Origin: Octopus vulgaris | Taxonomy: Eukaryota | Direction of reading: 5' to 3' | Length of the DNA: 64,000 nt | NCBI GenBank assembly: GCA_951406725.2 | Contig: OX597822.1 | Location: 97,030,001 to 97,094,000 of the forward strand | Part shown: positions 51,781-63,235 of the stretch, piece by piece | Layout of the letters: each line of letters opens with the position of its first letter | Position numbering within the stretch: the first letter of the stretch is position 1 | Translations under genes and position numbers: made by a program | Notes under the pieces: model-generated | Seen by the model: only the letters and a program-made list of their open reading frames with translations | Databases searched by the model: none | What the model was told of the DNA's origin: nothing

Positions 51781-52470
51781 TTAGTCGGTTAGTTAGTTAG
51801 TTAGTTAATTTTTTGGCTCAAAAAGAAAGGCCATGTAGGGGGACATGGAGTTATGTACAGGGTGGTGTTCATGTAAAGAGTTCAGGCCATTTGTGGTCAA
51901 GGGAGACTTTGAAGCGAGCGGTTGTCAGCATCGTCACTATCTCGTCCGGCAGCTTATTCCACGGATCCGCAACCCGGACGGAGAAAGCCCCTCTTCTTCA
52001 ATTGAGATGAAATCGTCGCAGATAGAGCTTTTCGGAGTGACCCCGCAGCCGACGCTCTGGAGCAGGAGTGAAGAACAGCTCTTTCGAGAGATTACACTTT
52101 CCGCTTATGATGCTGTGAGCAAGAATGAGATCACCACGGCATCGTCGTTTTTCTTGAGAATAAAGGTCGAGCGTCTTTAGCCTTTCTTCATAAGACAAAT
52201 GCTTGAGACCAAGAACCATGCAGGTAGCCAGCTTCTGGACTCTTTCGAGATGCTGTATGTCTTTGAGGAGATAAGGAGAAGAGGCTTGAATCCCGTACTC
52301 CAATATGGGTCTCACCAGCGTGACATAGAGTGGTAGGAATATGGCTGCTGTGAGCATTCCGAATGACCGTCGAATCAGAAACAGAACTCCGCATGCTTTG
52401 TTGGCAGCATGGACGCACTGGGCCGAAGGCGAAAAGGAAGAATCCACCAAGATACCCAGAATGACTGAAC
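51781..52470 (-). mobile_element. Distinct CR1-type LINE 3' fragment with (TAAC)n tail
   Basis: LVRPILEY...LERVQKLAT.MV.GLKHLSYEERLK.L.L.S.EKRR.RGDLI; shorter copy at ~7630-7832. Confidence 0.9.
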
Positions 52471-52711
52471 CTGTTTTCTTGGAAGATTGTATAGTATGGT
52501 ACCAAATATGTAAATTGTGACTTTGGTTTTAATCAGCATGCAACTATTAAAACACGGAGAAAATACAAACAGACACACATACACTTGTGTATGTACATGT
52601 GTGGTTAAGAAGCCTGCTTCCCTACGAGGTTTATAGCCTCATTATGTTTTAAAAAGAAAAAAAAAGAATTCTAAACATTGTGTTTTTATGTAAGAGGTTT
52701 ATAGCCTCATT

Positions 52712-53145
52712 CATCATCATCATCATCGTTTAACGTCCGCTTTCCATGCTAGCATGGGTTGGACGGTTCAACTGGGGTCTAGGGAGCCCGAAGGCTGCAC
52801 CAGGCCAGTCAGATCTGGCAGTGTTTCTACAGCTGGATGCCCTTCCTAATGCCAACCACTCCGAGAGTGTAGTGGGTGATTTTATGTGCCACCGACACAG
52901 GTGCCAGACGAGGCTGGCAGACGGCCACGCTCGGATGGTGTTTTTTATGTGCCACCAACACAGGTGCCAGACGAAGCTGGCAGACGGCCACGCTCGGATG
53001 GTGTTTTTTATGTGCCACCGACACAGGTGCCAGACGAGGCTGGCGAACAGCCACGCTTGGATGGTGTTTTTTATGTGCCACCGACACAGGTGCCAGACGA
53101 GGCTGGCGAACGGCCAGGATCGGATGGTGTTTGTTACGTACCCAC
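52712..53145 (-). mobile_element. SINE family C with 4 x 63-bp internal tandem repeat
   Basis: Units start at 52884, 52947, 53010, 53073. Confidence 0.85.
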
Positions 53146-54112
53146 AGAACGGAGGCCTCATTGTGTTTTAAAAAGAAAAAAAAGAATTCTGAACATTGTG
53201 TTTTTTATGTAAGAAGTTTATTGCCTCATTGTGTTTTCTATAAAAAAGAAAAAAGAACAATGTTTTAGAGAAGCGAAAGTCGGCGGGTGCTTTTCGTCTT
53301 CTCCCATTATCATCATTTTTGCATCATTATCATTCATCCCATTAATGTCCCTGTCCGGCCTGTAAGCTTCTATCTGTGTGATGCCCTCGTGGCAAATTGA
53401 ATGAAATAAAGAAGCCTGCTTCCCAACCATGTAGCGTTGGTCTCAGTCCCACTGTGTAACAGATTAGGTATCTGCTACTATAGCTCCTCACCAACCAGAG
53501 CCTTGCAAATAGATTCAAGCTCTATACTGATTTCAAATTTTGGCACAAAGCCAGTAATTTCGTGTGAGGGGATAAGATTACATTGACCCCAGTGTTCAAC
53601 TGGTACTTATTTACTACGGCGAGTTGGCAGAACCGTTAGCACGCCGGGCGAAATGCTTAGCAGTATTTCGTTTGCTGTTACGTTCTGAGTTCAAATTCTG
53701 CCGAGGTCGACTTTGCCTTTCATCCTTTCGGGGTCGATAAATTAAGTACCAGTTACGCACTGGGGTCGATGTAATCCATTTAATCCGTGTGTCTGTCCTT
53801 GTTTGTCCCCTCTGTGTTTAGCCCCTTGTAAAGAAATTGGTACTTATTTACTGAGCTTGAAAGGATAAAAGGCAATGTCAACCTTGGTGAGATTTGAACT
53901 CAGAACATAAAAATGAATGAAACGTTTACTAAACATGCTGCCCAGTATATTAATAGATCTGCCACCTCAGTGTCTTGTTCAAAGTCATCTTGCCTTACAT
54001 TCTTCCTGCTGTCAATAAAATTAGTATCATTGATGACATCCAACTCTAAAATTTGTGATCTTGTGTCAATGTCAGAAATCAGCTCCGTACAAATACGAAA
54101 CTTCCAAAGATA

Positions 54113-54517
54113 TACTCTTTTACTTGTTTCAGTCATTTGACAGTGGCCATGCTGGAGCACCGCCTTTAATCGAGCAACTCGACCCCGGGACTTATTCTTT
54201 TGTAAGCCCAGAACTTATTCTATCGGTCTCTTTTGCCGAACCGCTAAGTAACGGGGACATAAACACACCAGCATCAGTTGTCAAGCAATGCTAGGGGGAC
54301 AAACACAGACACACAAACATATACACACACATACACATATATATACATATATACGACGGGTTTCTTTCAGTTTCCGTCTACCAAATCCACTCACAAGGCA
54401 TTGGTCGGCCCGAGGCTATAGTAGAAGATACTTGCCCAAGATGCCACGCAATGGGACTGAACCCGGAACCATGTGGTTGGTAAACAAGCTACTTACCACA
54501 CAGCCGCTCCTGCGCCT
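54113..54517 (-). mobile_element. SINE family B
   Basis: Full-length reverse copy. Confidence 0.85.
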
Positions 54518-54832
54518 ATGTCAAAAATCAAACATCTCTAACCATACTAGAAAAAATAATTCACTCATTTCTATATTTATTAAATGATAAACCATTGTCA
54601 TCATCATTTAACATCCATATTCCATACTGGCATCGGTTGAATGGTTTGACAGGATCTGATGGGTCCAAGGACTGCATTATGCTCCAGTGCCTGCTTTGTC
54701 ATGGTTTCTACACCTGGATGCCCTTCTTAAGACCAACCACTTCTTAGCATGTGATGGGTGCTTTTTTTCATGTTGCCAGCAGTAGTGATGTCAACCACGC
54801 AGCTTTTAAAACTACAAGCCCCAAGGAAGTAC

Positions 54833-55349
54833 AGACCATATGGTGTTGCAACCGTGCGTTGGTGCGGATAATTGAAGTTTAATATTATTAGTGAATGGAA
54901 GAAATGGAGTTGAACGAAGATTGTACAGAATTCCTTTTATTACATTCTACACATGTTTCAAAGGCCACAATTTTCCAAATTCTGATAATAAGGATACCAT
55001 ATTGCAGCTTTCTCTTCAGGAAAAACCAGGAATTACGTTGTCAGAACAAAACAAAACAGAGGCGCAGCAAAGCAATTCGAACGAGGACGCTCCTTAAGAG
55101 CCCATGGATAAACTCCATGGATAAATTGTTTTGTTCTGACAACGTAATTCCTGGTTTTTCCTGAAGAGAAAGCTGCAATATGGTATCCTTATTTAATCAG
55201 AATTTGGAAAATTGTGGCCTTTGAAACATGTGTAGAATGTAATAAAAGGAATTCTGTACAATCTTCGTTCAACTCCATTTCTTCCATTCACTAATAATAT
55301 TAAACTTCAATTATCCGCACCAACGCACGGTTGCAACACCATATGGTCT
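54833..55349. repeat. Long near-perfect inverted repeat (arms ~54833-55054 and 55126-55349, ~71-nt spacer), Penelope pLTR-like
   Basis: Arms are reverse complements apart from a 2-nt indel. Confidence 0.95.
55158..55237 (+). ncRNA. Type I hammerhead ribozyme motif (mirror copy on - strand at 54945-55022)
   Basis: TTC-CTGAAGA-[GAAAGCTGCAAT...ATTGTGGCCTTT]-GAAAC-ATGT-GTA^GAA; stem I only 3 bp. Confidence 0.6.
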
Positions 55350-55451
55350 TATCTCCAACCGTGTTTTTTTCTGCTGTGATTTTTGCTACCCAGGTATCGG
55401 TTAAACTTTTGAATAATCTGTAACAAGAAAATTCATCTTTCCATTTCAACA

Positions 55452-55676
55452 AATATATATATGTATGTATATGTATATATGTATGTATATATATACATAT
55501 GTATATGTATATATATATATATATATATCATTATCATCATCGTTTAACGTCCGTTTTCCGTGCTAGCACGGGTTGGACAGTTCAACCGGGGTCTGCACCA
55601 GGCTCCATTCTGATCTGGCAGTGTTTCTACAGCTGGATGCCCTTCCTAACACCAACCACTCTGCGAGTGTATATAT

Positions 55677-55717
<41 letters not shown>

Positions 55718-55723
55718 TATATG

Positions 55724-55758
<35 letters not shown>

Positions 55759-55853
55759 ACATATATATATGTATATATATATGTATAAATGTATATATAT
55801 ATATATTTGTATATATATGTATATATATATTTGTATATATATATGTGTATATG

Positions 55854-55885
<32 letters not shown>

Positions 55886-55963
55886 CTCTTTTACTTGTTT
55901 CAGCCATCCGGCTGAGGCCATGCTGGGGCACCACATATATATATATGTATATATGTATGTATG

Positions 55964-55994
<31 letters not shown>

Positions 55995-56111
55995 GTGTGT
56001 GTGTGTGTATGTATATATATATATATATATGTGTGTGTATATATATGTGTATGTATATATATATATATATATATGTATGTATATATATATATATATATGT
56101 ATGTATATATG

Positions 56112-56143
<32 letters not shown>

Positions 56144-56283
56144 TGTATGTATATATATATATATGTATGTATATATATATGTATATATATATATGCATGA
56201 ATATGTATGTATATATATATGAATTAATATATATGCATGAATATGTATATATATATATGTGTATATATATATGCATGAATATG

Positions 56284-56316
<33 letters not shown>

Positions 56317-56328
56317 GTATATGTATAT

Positions 56329-56360
<32 letters not shown>

Positions 56361-56368
56361 GTATATAG
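55452..56368. repeat. Long (TA)/(TATG) microsatellite with embedded SINE fragments
   Basis: Low complexity; SINE C piece 55530-55670, SINE B tail piece ~55885-55933. Confidence 0.95.
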
Positions 56369-56370
56369 AT

Positions 56371-56760
56371 TGTTTACCAACCACATGGTTCCAGGTTCAG
56401 TCCCACTGTGTGGCACCTTGGGCAAGTGTCTTCTACTATAGCCTTGGGCTGACCAAAGCCTTGTGAGTGGATTTGGTAGACGGAAACTGAAAAGAAGCCC
56501 GTCGTATATATGTATGTATATATATGCATGTTTGTGTTTGTGTGTCTGTGTTTGTTCCCCTCGCATTGCTTGACAACCGATGCTGGTGTGTTTATGTCCC
56601 CGTTACTTAGCGGTTCGGCAAAAGAGACCGATAGAATAAGTACTGGGCTTACAAAAGAATAAGTCCTGGGGTCAAGTTGCTCGATTAAAGGCGGTGCTCC
56701 AGCATGGCCGAAGTCAAATGACTGAAACAAGTAAAAGAGTAAAAGAGAGAAAAAAGAGTA
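56371..56760 (+). mobile_element. SINE family B
   Basis: Matches family B. Confidence 0.85.
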
Positions 56761-56893
56761 TATATGTATATATATATATATATATAATATTAATTCGAGA
56801 CAAAACCACTATTTTGCAAAACAAACAAGGAAAGACTTAATCAATACTTAATCAATGACTTCATAAATTAAAACTGATTAGAAGATCGGAAAT

Positions 56894-56937
56894 CCACCTG
56901 ACGAATGTCATTTGAGGACATGAAACAATTGTAGTGG
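56894..56937 (+). ncRNA. Canonical minimal type I hammerhead ribozyme
   Basis: CCAC-CTGACGA-ATGTC(atttgag)GACAT-GAAAC-AATT-GTA^GTGG: complete core, 4-bp stem I, 5-bp stem II, palindromic stem III (ACAATTGT). Confidence 0.85.
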
Positions 56938-57307
56938 CGGTTTATTTACTTTATATTAAAATTTTTATGTTTATTTACTTTATATTAAAATTTTTATGTC
57001 TTTCCTTGTTTGTTTTGCAAACTAGTGGTTTTGTCTCGAATTAATATTATATAATATTTTACTATAAAATTGGATTTAATCCTAAATCTGATTTTTTCCC
57101 TGTAAATTTGGATTTATTCCCTAATATTTATTATTATATATATATATATATATATATGTATATTATATATGTATATACATATATGTATATATATATATAT
57201 ATATACATATATATACATATATATACATATATATATACATACATATATATACATATATATACATACATATACATACATATACATACATATACATATACAT
57301 ATATACA

Positions 57308-57687
57308 ACTTCTTCCCTGACCCTACCTCCCAACCTGGCTTGTTCTCCTGCTCCCGCCCACGTTGCCGCACTTGCCCTTACCTCTCCAGCACCACCCTCC
57401 TCACTGGCACCCATCATCGACCCTATCACATCATCGACTCCTTCACCTGCACCTCCAGCAATATCATCTATTGCATCTCCTGCTCTCTCTGCCATTCCCT
57501 GTACATCGGACAAACAGGACGCCACTTGGCTGACCGGTTTGTGGAACACCTCCGAGACATCCGCCTGGCCAATGACACACCAGTCTCACGCCATTTCCGC
57601 TCCACCAGTCACTCCTTGGAACACCTGTCTGTGTTCGGATTGTCCTTGCACAGAGGCCATCCGGATTCTCCTCCCCTTTTCATCTAA
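57308..57687 (+). mobile_element. Penelope-like element GIY-YIG endonuclease remnant
   Basis: [11 protein letters not shown]...[36 protein letters not shown]...PVSRHF..H: Cys-rich linker + IIY/YIG + R + H motifs of PLE endonucleases. Confidence 0.9.
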
Positions 57688-58136
57688 CCCCCCCTTTTTT
57701 TCATCTAACCTCCCCCCGACTCCTACTTCTCTTCAGTCCTTCATCTTTTCATCCCTACTCTCTTTCCCTCCTCGTTCTTCTTCCCTCTTCCCCTCTCTCT
57801 TTCTCTCTGCTCCCTCACTCCCCTTCTCTTCCTCCTCTCCCCTCCCCCCTCCCCCACACCACACTACACTACACCATACGACATTACACATCACATCATA
57901 CATACATACACACGTCTAGACTACCAGCCCTCTTCCGCATGCACATACATGCTCTCTTATGCACACACGCACCTTCAGGTTGGAGCGAGGTCACTTGACC
58001 CTGTTATCTCCCCTACTATCCCTCTAGCATCTAACGTTTGACCTCCGATCTCTGACTTCTCCTGAAATCAAAACGCCATGTTGGATCGTTATCCCCTACA
58101 CGCAATTTTTTTCTTTCCTCGTTTCTTTTCTGTGTA

Positions 58137-58174
58137 TCTTTCTGTCGAAGAGCGTAGGCTCGGAACGTAAAAGA
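58137..58174 (+). ncRNA. Degenerate hammerhead motif in the 3' pLTR region of the Penelope-like remnant
   Basis: TCTTT-CTGTCGA-A-GAGC(gtag)GCTC-GGAAC-GTA-AAAGA; stems intact, two core substitutions. Confidence 0.5.
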
Positions 58175-58300
58175 CTTGTTTTATTTCTATTCCTGAGCGC
58201 CATACTAATACATTATTTGTTTGTACTCCACCTGCCTTTGTCTCTTGTTTATTTTCATAAACCTGCCTTCGCCTTTTGTTTATTTTCGTAAACCTTCTCG

Positions 58301-58363
<63 letters not shown>

Positions 58364-58396
58364 CATATATATATATATACATATATACATACTCAA

Positions 58397-61170
58397 ATTC
58401 GGTGTGTGACACACTAATTGTACATATAAGGCAACTTGGTGTAGTTATATGTGCTACATATCACCCTCCAGATGCCCCAAGCCATGTAGGCAAGTTTGAA
58501 GACTGCCTTATAAAAATAGAAAAAGTTCTATGTCACATTAAAACAACACATAAGTGTACTTCTTATGGGAGACTTCAATCTGCCCAATGTCAGATGGCCC
58601 GAGGGTCTTTCTCTCCCAGGAATGACACGATGCGAATGAGGACAGGCGAGGTCCCTCCTGAACCTCATCAACACTCTGTACATGGAGCAAATAATACTCT
58701 AACCAACCAGGGCAGGTAACATACTGGATCTCTGCTTCACAAATAATATGGATCTCATCCATAATGTGAAAGTGACACCGACACTACTCTCGGATCACAA
58801 CATGGTAGAGCTGACCATGTATGGGCCAAAGGAAAGCATGGACATGCAGCCTACAAGAAACTCTCAGAATCTTTCCAGCTTGAACTTCCATAAGGCAAAC
58901 TGGAAACAAATTGAGAAAGAGATCCTCATACAAAACTGGCCTGAATGTCTCGCCTTGCCAGACATCGACATGAAACTTCAACAATTCATGTCTGTAATGC
59001 AAGCCATATGCTACAAATGTGTCCCAGAGAGAAAGGCCACTGTACACAAGAACAAAATCCCCAGAGAGAGGAAAATTCTAATGAGACGGCGTACAAAGGT
59101 TTCAAATCGCTTAAACAAACAAATTGAAAGCAGTGAAAAGTCCCGCCGCCTGAAAATAAAACTGTTGGAAATTGAAAAATGTCTGCAACTCTCCCATGAA
59201 AAAGAAAGAGCAGACAAAGGAGCCTGGGCTATAGACAACATAAAAACTAACCCCAGAGCTTTCTACAGGTATGCCAAAGAAACAGCTACGGTGCACTGTA
59301 GGATAGGGCCACTCCTTGAAAAGGATGGCATACTCACAGGAAAACCAATGAGGGTAAGTGAAATACTGAATGAGCAATTCAAGAGTGTTTTCACTCCACC
59401 CCTTGGGCATTTCCAAATCACCAATCCAACTGACTTCTTTACCACTGCAGATATAAAATCAGAGGCAGCGATGATCGATTACATCAATATAAAGGAAGAC
59501 GATGTAATAAAGGCTATAGATGAAATGAAAACAAACTCAGCTACTGGCCCGGATGGATTCCCAGCAATTCTTCTAAAAGTATGCAAGAGTCCTAGCAAGA
59601 CCACTGCAGTTCCTCTTTCAGAGCTTCCTTGCAACTGGAAAACTTCCAAGAAAACTGAAGGAAGGTAAAATATGCCCTATTCATAAAGGAGGTAGCAGAG
59701 CGGAGGCCAAGAATTACAGACCTATCTCTCTGACCTCACACATCAGCAAGGTCATGGAACGAATAGTCAGAAGGAAACTAATCACCTTCCTTGAAGAAAA
59801 TGACTTGCTGCCTGACACCCAACATGGTTTCCGACCAGGAAGAAGCTGCCTAACTCAGCTCCTACAACACTATGACTGGGTGCTGAAATGATTGCTTAAC
59901 CCCGCAAATGTGAAAGTGATATATCTCGACTTTGCAAAGGCCTTTGATAAAGTCAATCATGGAATGATATGTCACAAACCGCGTGACCTTGGCATAGTTG
60001 GAAAATTGGGAGAATGGCTTCATGACTCTCTGAAGGATAGAAGTCAGGTGGTAGTAGCCAATGGGGCCACCTCCAATAACATGCAAATAGTGAGCGGTGT
60101 TCCGCAAGGCACTGTTTTGGGACCACTACTGTTCATAATGGCCCTCTCAGACATGCCCTCAGCCACGATCACAGGTTATGCAGATGATACAAAAGTTTCA
60201 CAGGCAATATGGAACCCTGAAGACACTATGCACCTGCAATGTGAGCTGGATAAAATATACAAGTGGGCTGAAAAGAATAGCATGCAGTTCAATGCTGAAA
60301 AGTTTCAAGCTTTATGCTATCAGCATGCAAAACTAAATGCAATACCCAATAAATACACGGGACCTGGAGGGATTGCAATCCCAGCGGCACAATCAGTGCG
60401 AGACCTGGGTATTTACATGAGTGATGATGCAACCTTTCATGTGCATGTTGCTAAATTGGCAATGAAATGTAGGCGACTGACCAGATGGATTCTTAGAGCT
60501 TTTAGAATAAGAGACCAGGAAACCATGATGGTCCTCTGGAGGACACTTATCCTAAGCCACTTTGACTATTGCTCTTAGCTATGGTCACCATCCAGTGTCA
60601 AGTTAATCACAGAACTTGAGGTGATCCAACGAAGCTACACGAAGAAGATAGCCTCTGTGCAGCATATAAGCTACTGGGAAAGACTCAAGAGATTAAGACT
60701 CTATTTCTTAGAGCATAGGCGAGAAAGATATGCCATAATATACATCTGGAAGATCCTAGAAGGACTTGTCCCAAACTTTGGCATTGAGAGTTACACAAAT
60801 ACTAGAACTGGGCACCACTGCATGGTGCCAAGGACTCCAAATTTGCCATCAAGATGTAGGACAAGATACTGTGATAACCTGGGCTTCAGAGGCCCACAGC
60901 TCTTCAATATCCTCCCGAAGAACCTGAGAGACCTGCATGGGGTGGATGCAGATGTCTTTAAAATAAAACTGGATCTCTTCCTGTCAGGTGTCCCAGATGA
61001 ACCAACTTCACAGCAGGAGGTGCAGATGAGGGCAGCTGCATTGAATTTTCTCATGCACCAAATGGCAATTGCTAAAAAGCATTCGTGAAGTAAAATCATG
61101 TAGCAACACCAAATGGCGGTGCCCCAGCATGGCCACAGCTCGTGAGCTGAAACTAGATAAAATAGAATAA
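58397..61170 (+). mobile_element. CR1/L2-group LINE ORF2 (APE C-part + RT), frameshifted with stops
   Basis: YHPP, GDFN, NILDL, SDH endonuclease motifs; GPDG, YRPISLTS, QHGFR, YLDFAKAFDKV, GVPQGTVLGPLLF, YADD; 3' UTR ggcggtgccccagcatggcc. Confidence 0.95.
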
Positions 61171-61243
61171 AACACACATATATATATATATACACATACA
61201 TACATACTTACATATACATACATATATGTATATATATAAATCC

Positions 61244-62975
61244 TTAAAATTGTTTCAGCTCGAAGGCTGTGACCATGCTGGAGCACCACCACTGAATCGA
61301 TGCTTCTGCCCGTATCTGTGTCTCCTGCCGAGAGGTAGGTTCATCTGGGACCCCCAACAAGAAGAGATCCAGTTTAGTTTTAAAGAAACCCACATCCACA
61401 CCATGCAAGTCTCTCAGGCATTTAGGGAGGATGTTGAAGAGCTGTGGTCCTCTGAAACCCAAGCTGTTGCAGTATCTGGACCTGTATTTTGATGGTGATG
61501 TTGGAATCCTTGGCACCATGCAGTGGCGCCCCGTTCTGCAGTTGGGGTAACTTTGAATACCAAAGTTTGGGACAAGACCCTCCAGGATTTTCCAGATGTA
61601 TATCACCACATATCTCTCCGGCCTTCGCTCTAGGGAGAAGAGTTTTAATACTTTCAGTCTTTCCCAGTAGCTGATATGTTGCATTGAGACGATCTTCTTA
61701 GTGTAGCTTCTTTGAATCGCTTTGAGTTCTGCTGTTAGCTTTATATTGTGTGGCGACCAAAGTTGGGAGCAGTAGTCCAAGCGGCTGAGGACGAAAGTTT
61801 TCCACAGGACCATCAGTGTCTCCTTCTCTCTTGTTCTGAAAGTTCGGAGAATCCATCCAGCTAGCCGTCTGCATTTTATCACCAGATTAGTAATATGCAC
61901 TTGGAAAGATGCATCATTGCTCATGTCAATGCCCAGGTCACGCACTGATTTTGACTCAGGAATTACAATTTTTCCGGGGCCAGTGTATCCAGTCTGCATG
62001 TTGTTTACCTTTGTGTGCCAGTAGTACAGGGCCTGGAACTTACCTGCATTAAACTGCATGTTGTTGTCCGCAGCCCACCTGTATATTGTATCCAACTCCT
62101 GTTGAAGATGTGCAATATTTCCAGGGTTTTGTATTGTGTGGGAGACTTTTGTGTCCTCTGCATAGCTAGCAAGGGTGGCCATCTTAGCAACTGAGAGCAT
62201 GTCTGAAAGGGCCACTATGAACAGCAGTGGCCCCAAGACAGTGCCCTGTGGAACACTGCTTGTTATTTGTGTTTCCTTGGAGGTGGCTCCATTGGTCACA
62301 ACTGCCTGCCTTCTATCTTTTAGGAAGTTGTGCAGCCACTCTCCAAGTTTTCCGCCCATGCCAAGACCACGCAGTTTGTAACAAATCAAACCGTAGTCGA
62401 CTTTATCAAAGGCTTTTGCAAAGTCGAGATATATCACATCCACATTTGAGCCATTTAGTAGCTGTTTTAACACCCAGTCATAGTGTTGCAGGAGCTGTGT
62501 TAGGCAGCTTCTACCTGGTCGAAATCCATGCTGGGTATCAGTCAGCAAGTCATTTTCTTCAAGGAACATGATTAGTTTCTTGCGGACTATTCGTTCCATG
62601 ACTTTGCTGATGTGTGAGGTCAGAGAGATAGGCCTATAATTTTTAGGTTCTGCTCTGCTTCCTCCCTTATGGATAGGGCATATTACCCCCTCTTTCAATT
62701 TGACTGGGAGCTTACCACTTGCAAGAAAGCTCTGAAAAAGAAGCTGTAGCAGTTTTGCAAGGACTTGTTTGCACAATTTGAGAAGGATCACTGGAAATCC
62801 ATCAGGTCCAGCAGCTGAGTTTGTGTCAATCTCATCTATGGTGATGTACTCAATTTTTGCCTCTTTACCCACAGGTAAAGTGGCAAAGAATTCTTCTGGG
62901 TTGTTTACTTGCCAGTGTCCTAGAGGTGTAGTGAACACACTTTGGAACTGGTCGTTCAGTATTTCACTTATCCTC
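61244..62975 (-). mobile_element. Related CR1/L2-group LINE RT (564-aa open frame, 5'-truncated)
   Basis: GPDGFP, NYRPISLTSH, QHGFRPGRSC, YLDFAKAFDKV, VPQGTVLGPLLF; YAED in place of YADD. Confidence 0.95.
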
Positions 62976-62999
62976 GTGGGGGTTTCCTATGAGGTAGCC

Positions 63000-63235
63000 A
63001 TCTCAGACCGTGCAATGTGAGTGTTCATGAGCGAAAACACCTAAGCTCCATGCGGCTCCGACAGAAGGTAATGGCGAACTTCTGCTGACTCTTTCACCAC
63101 AACTTTCTCTCACTCTTTCCTCCTGCATCTTGCAGCTCACCTGCGACGGACCGGCGTCCCATCCAGGTGGGGAACCTATACGCCAAGAAACCGGCCCTTA
63201 TGATCCAGGCATGGCTCGAGAAGGAACAAACAACA
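63000..63235 (+). mobile_element. SINE family D, 5'-truncated
   Basis: Matches 8397-8640. Confidence 0.85.

Noticed and set aside
52880-53135. Regular 63-bp array that could be mistaken for a CRISPR array or a repeat protein gene
   Set aside because: No unique spacers, no cas genes, eukaryotic context; it is internal to SINE C
55499-56566. Long Y/I/M/C-rich ORFs (up to 306 aa); likewise 38232-38703
   Set aside because: Translations of (TA)n/(TG)n microsatellites
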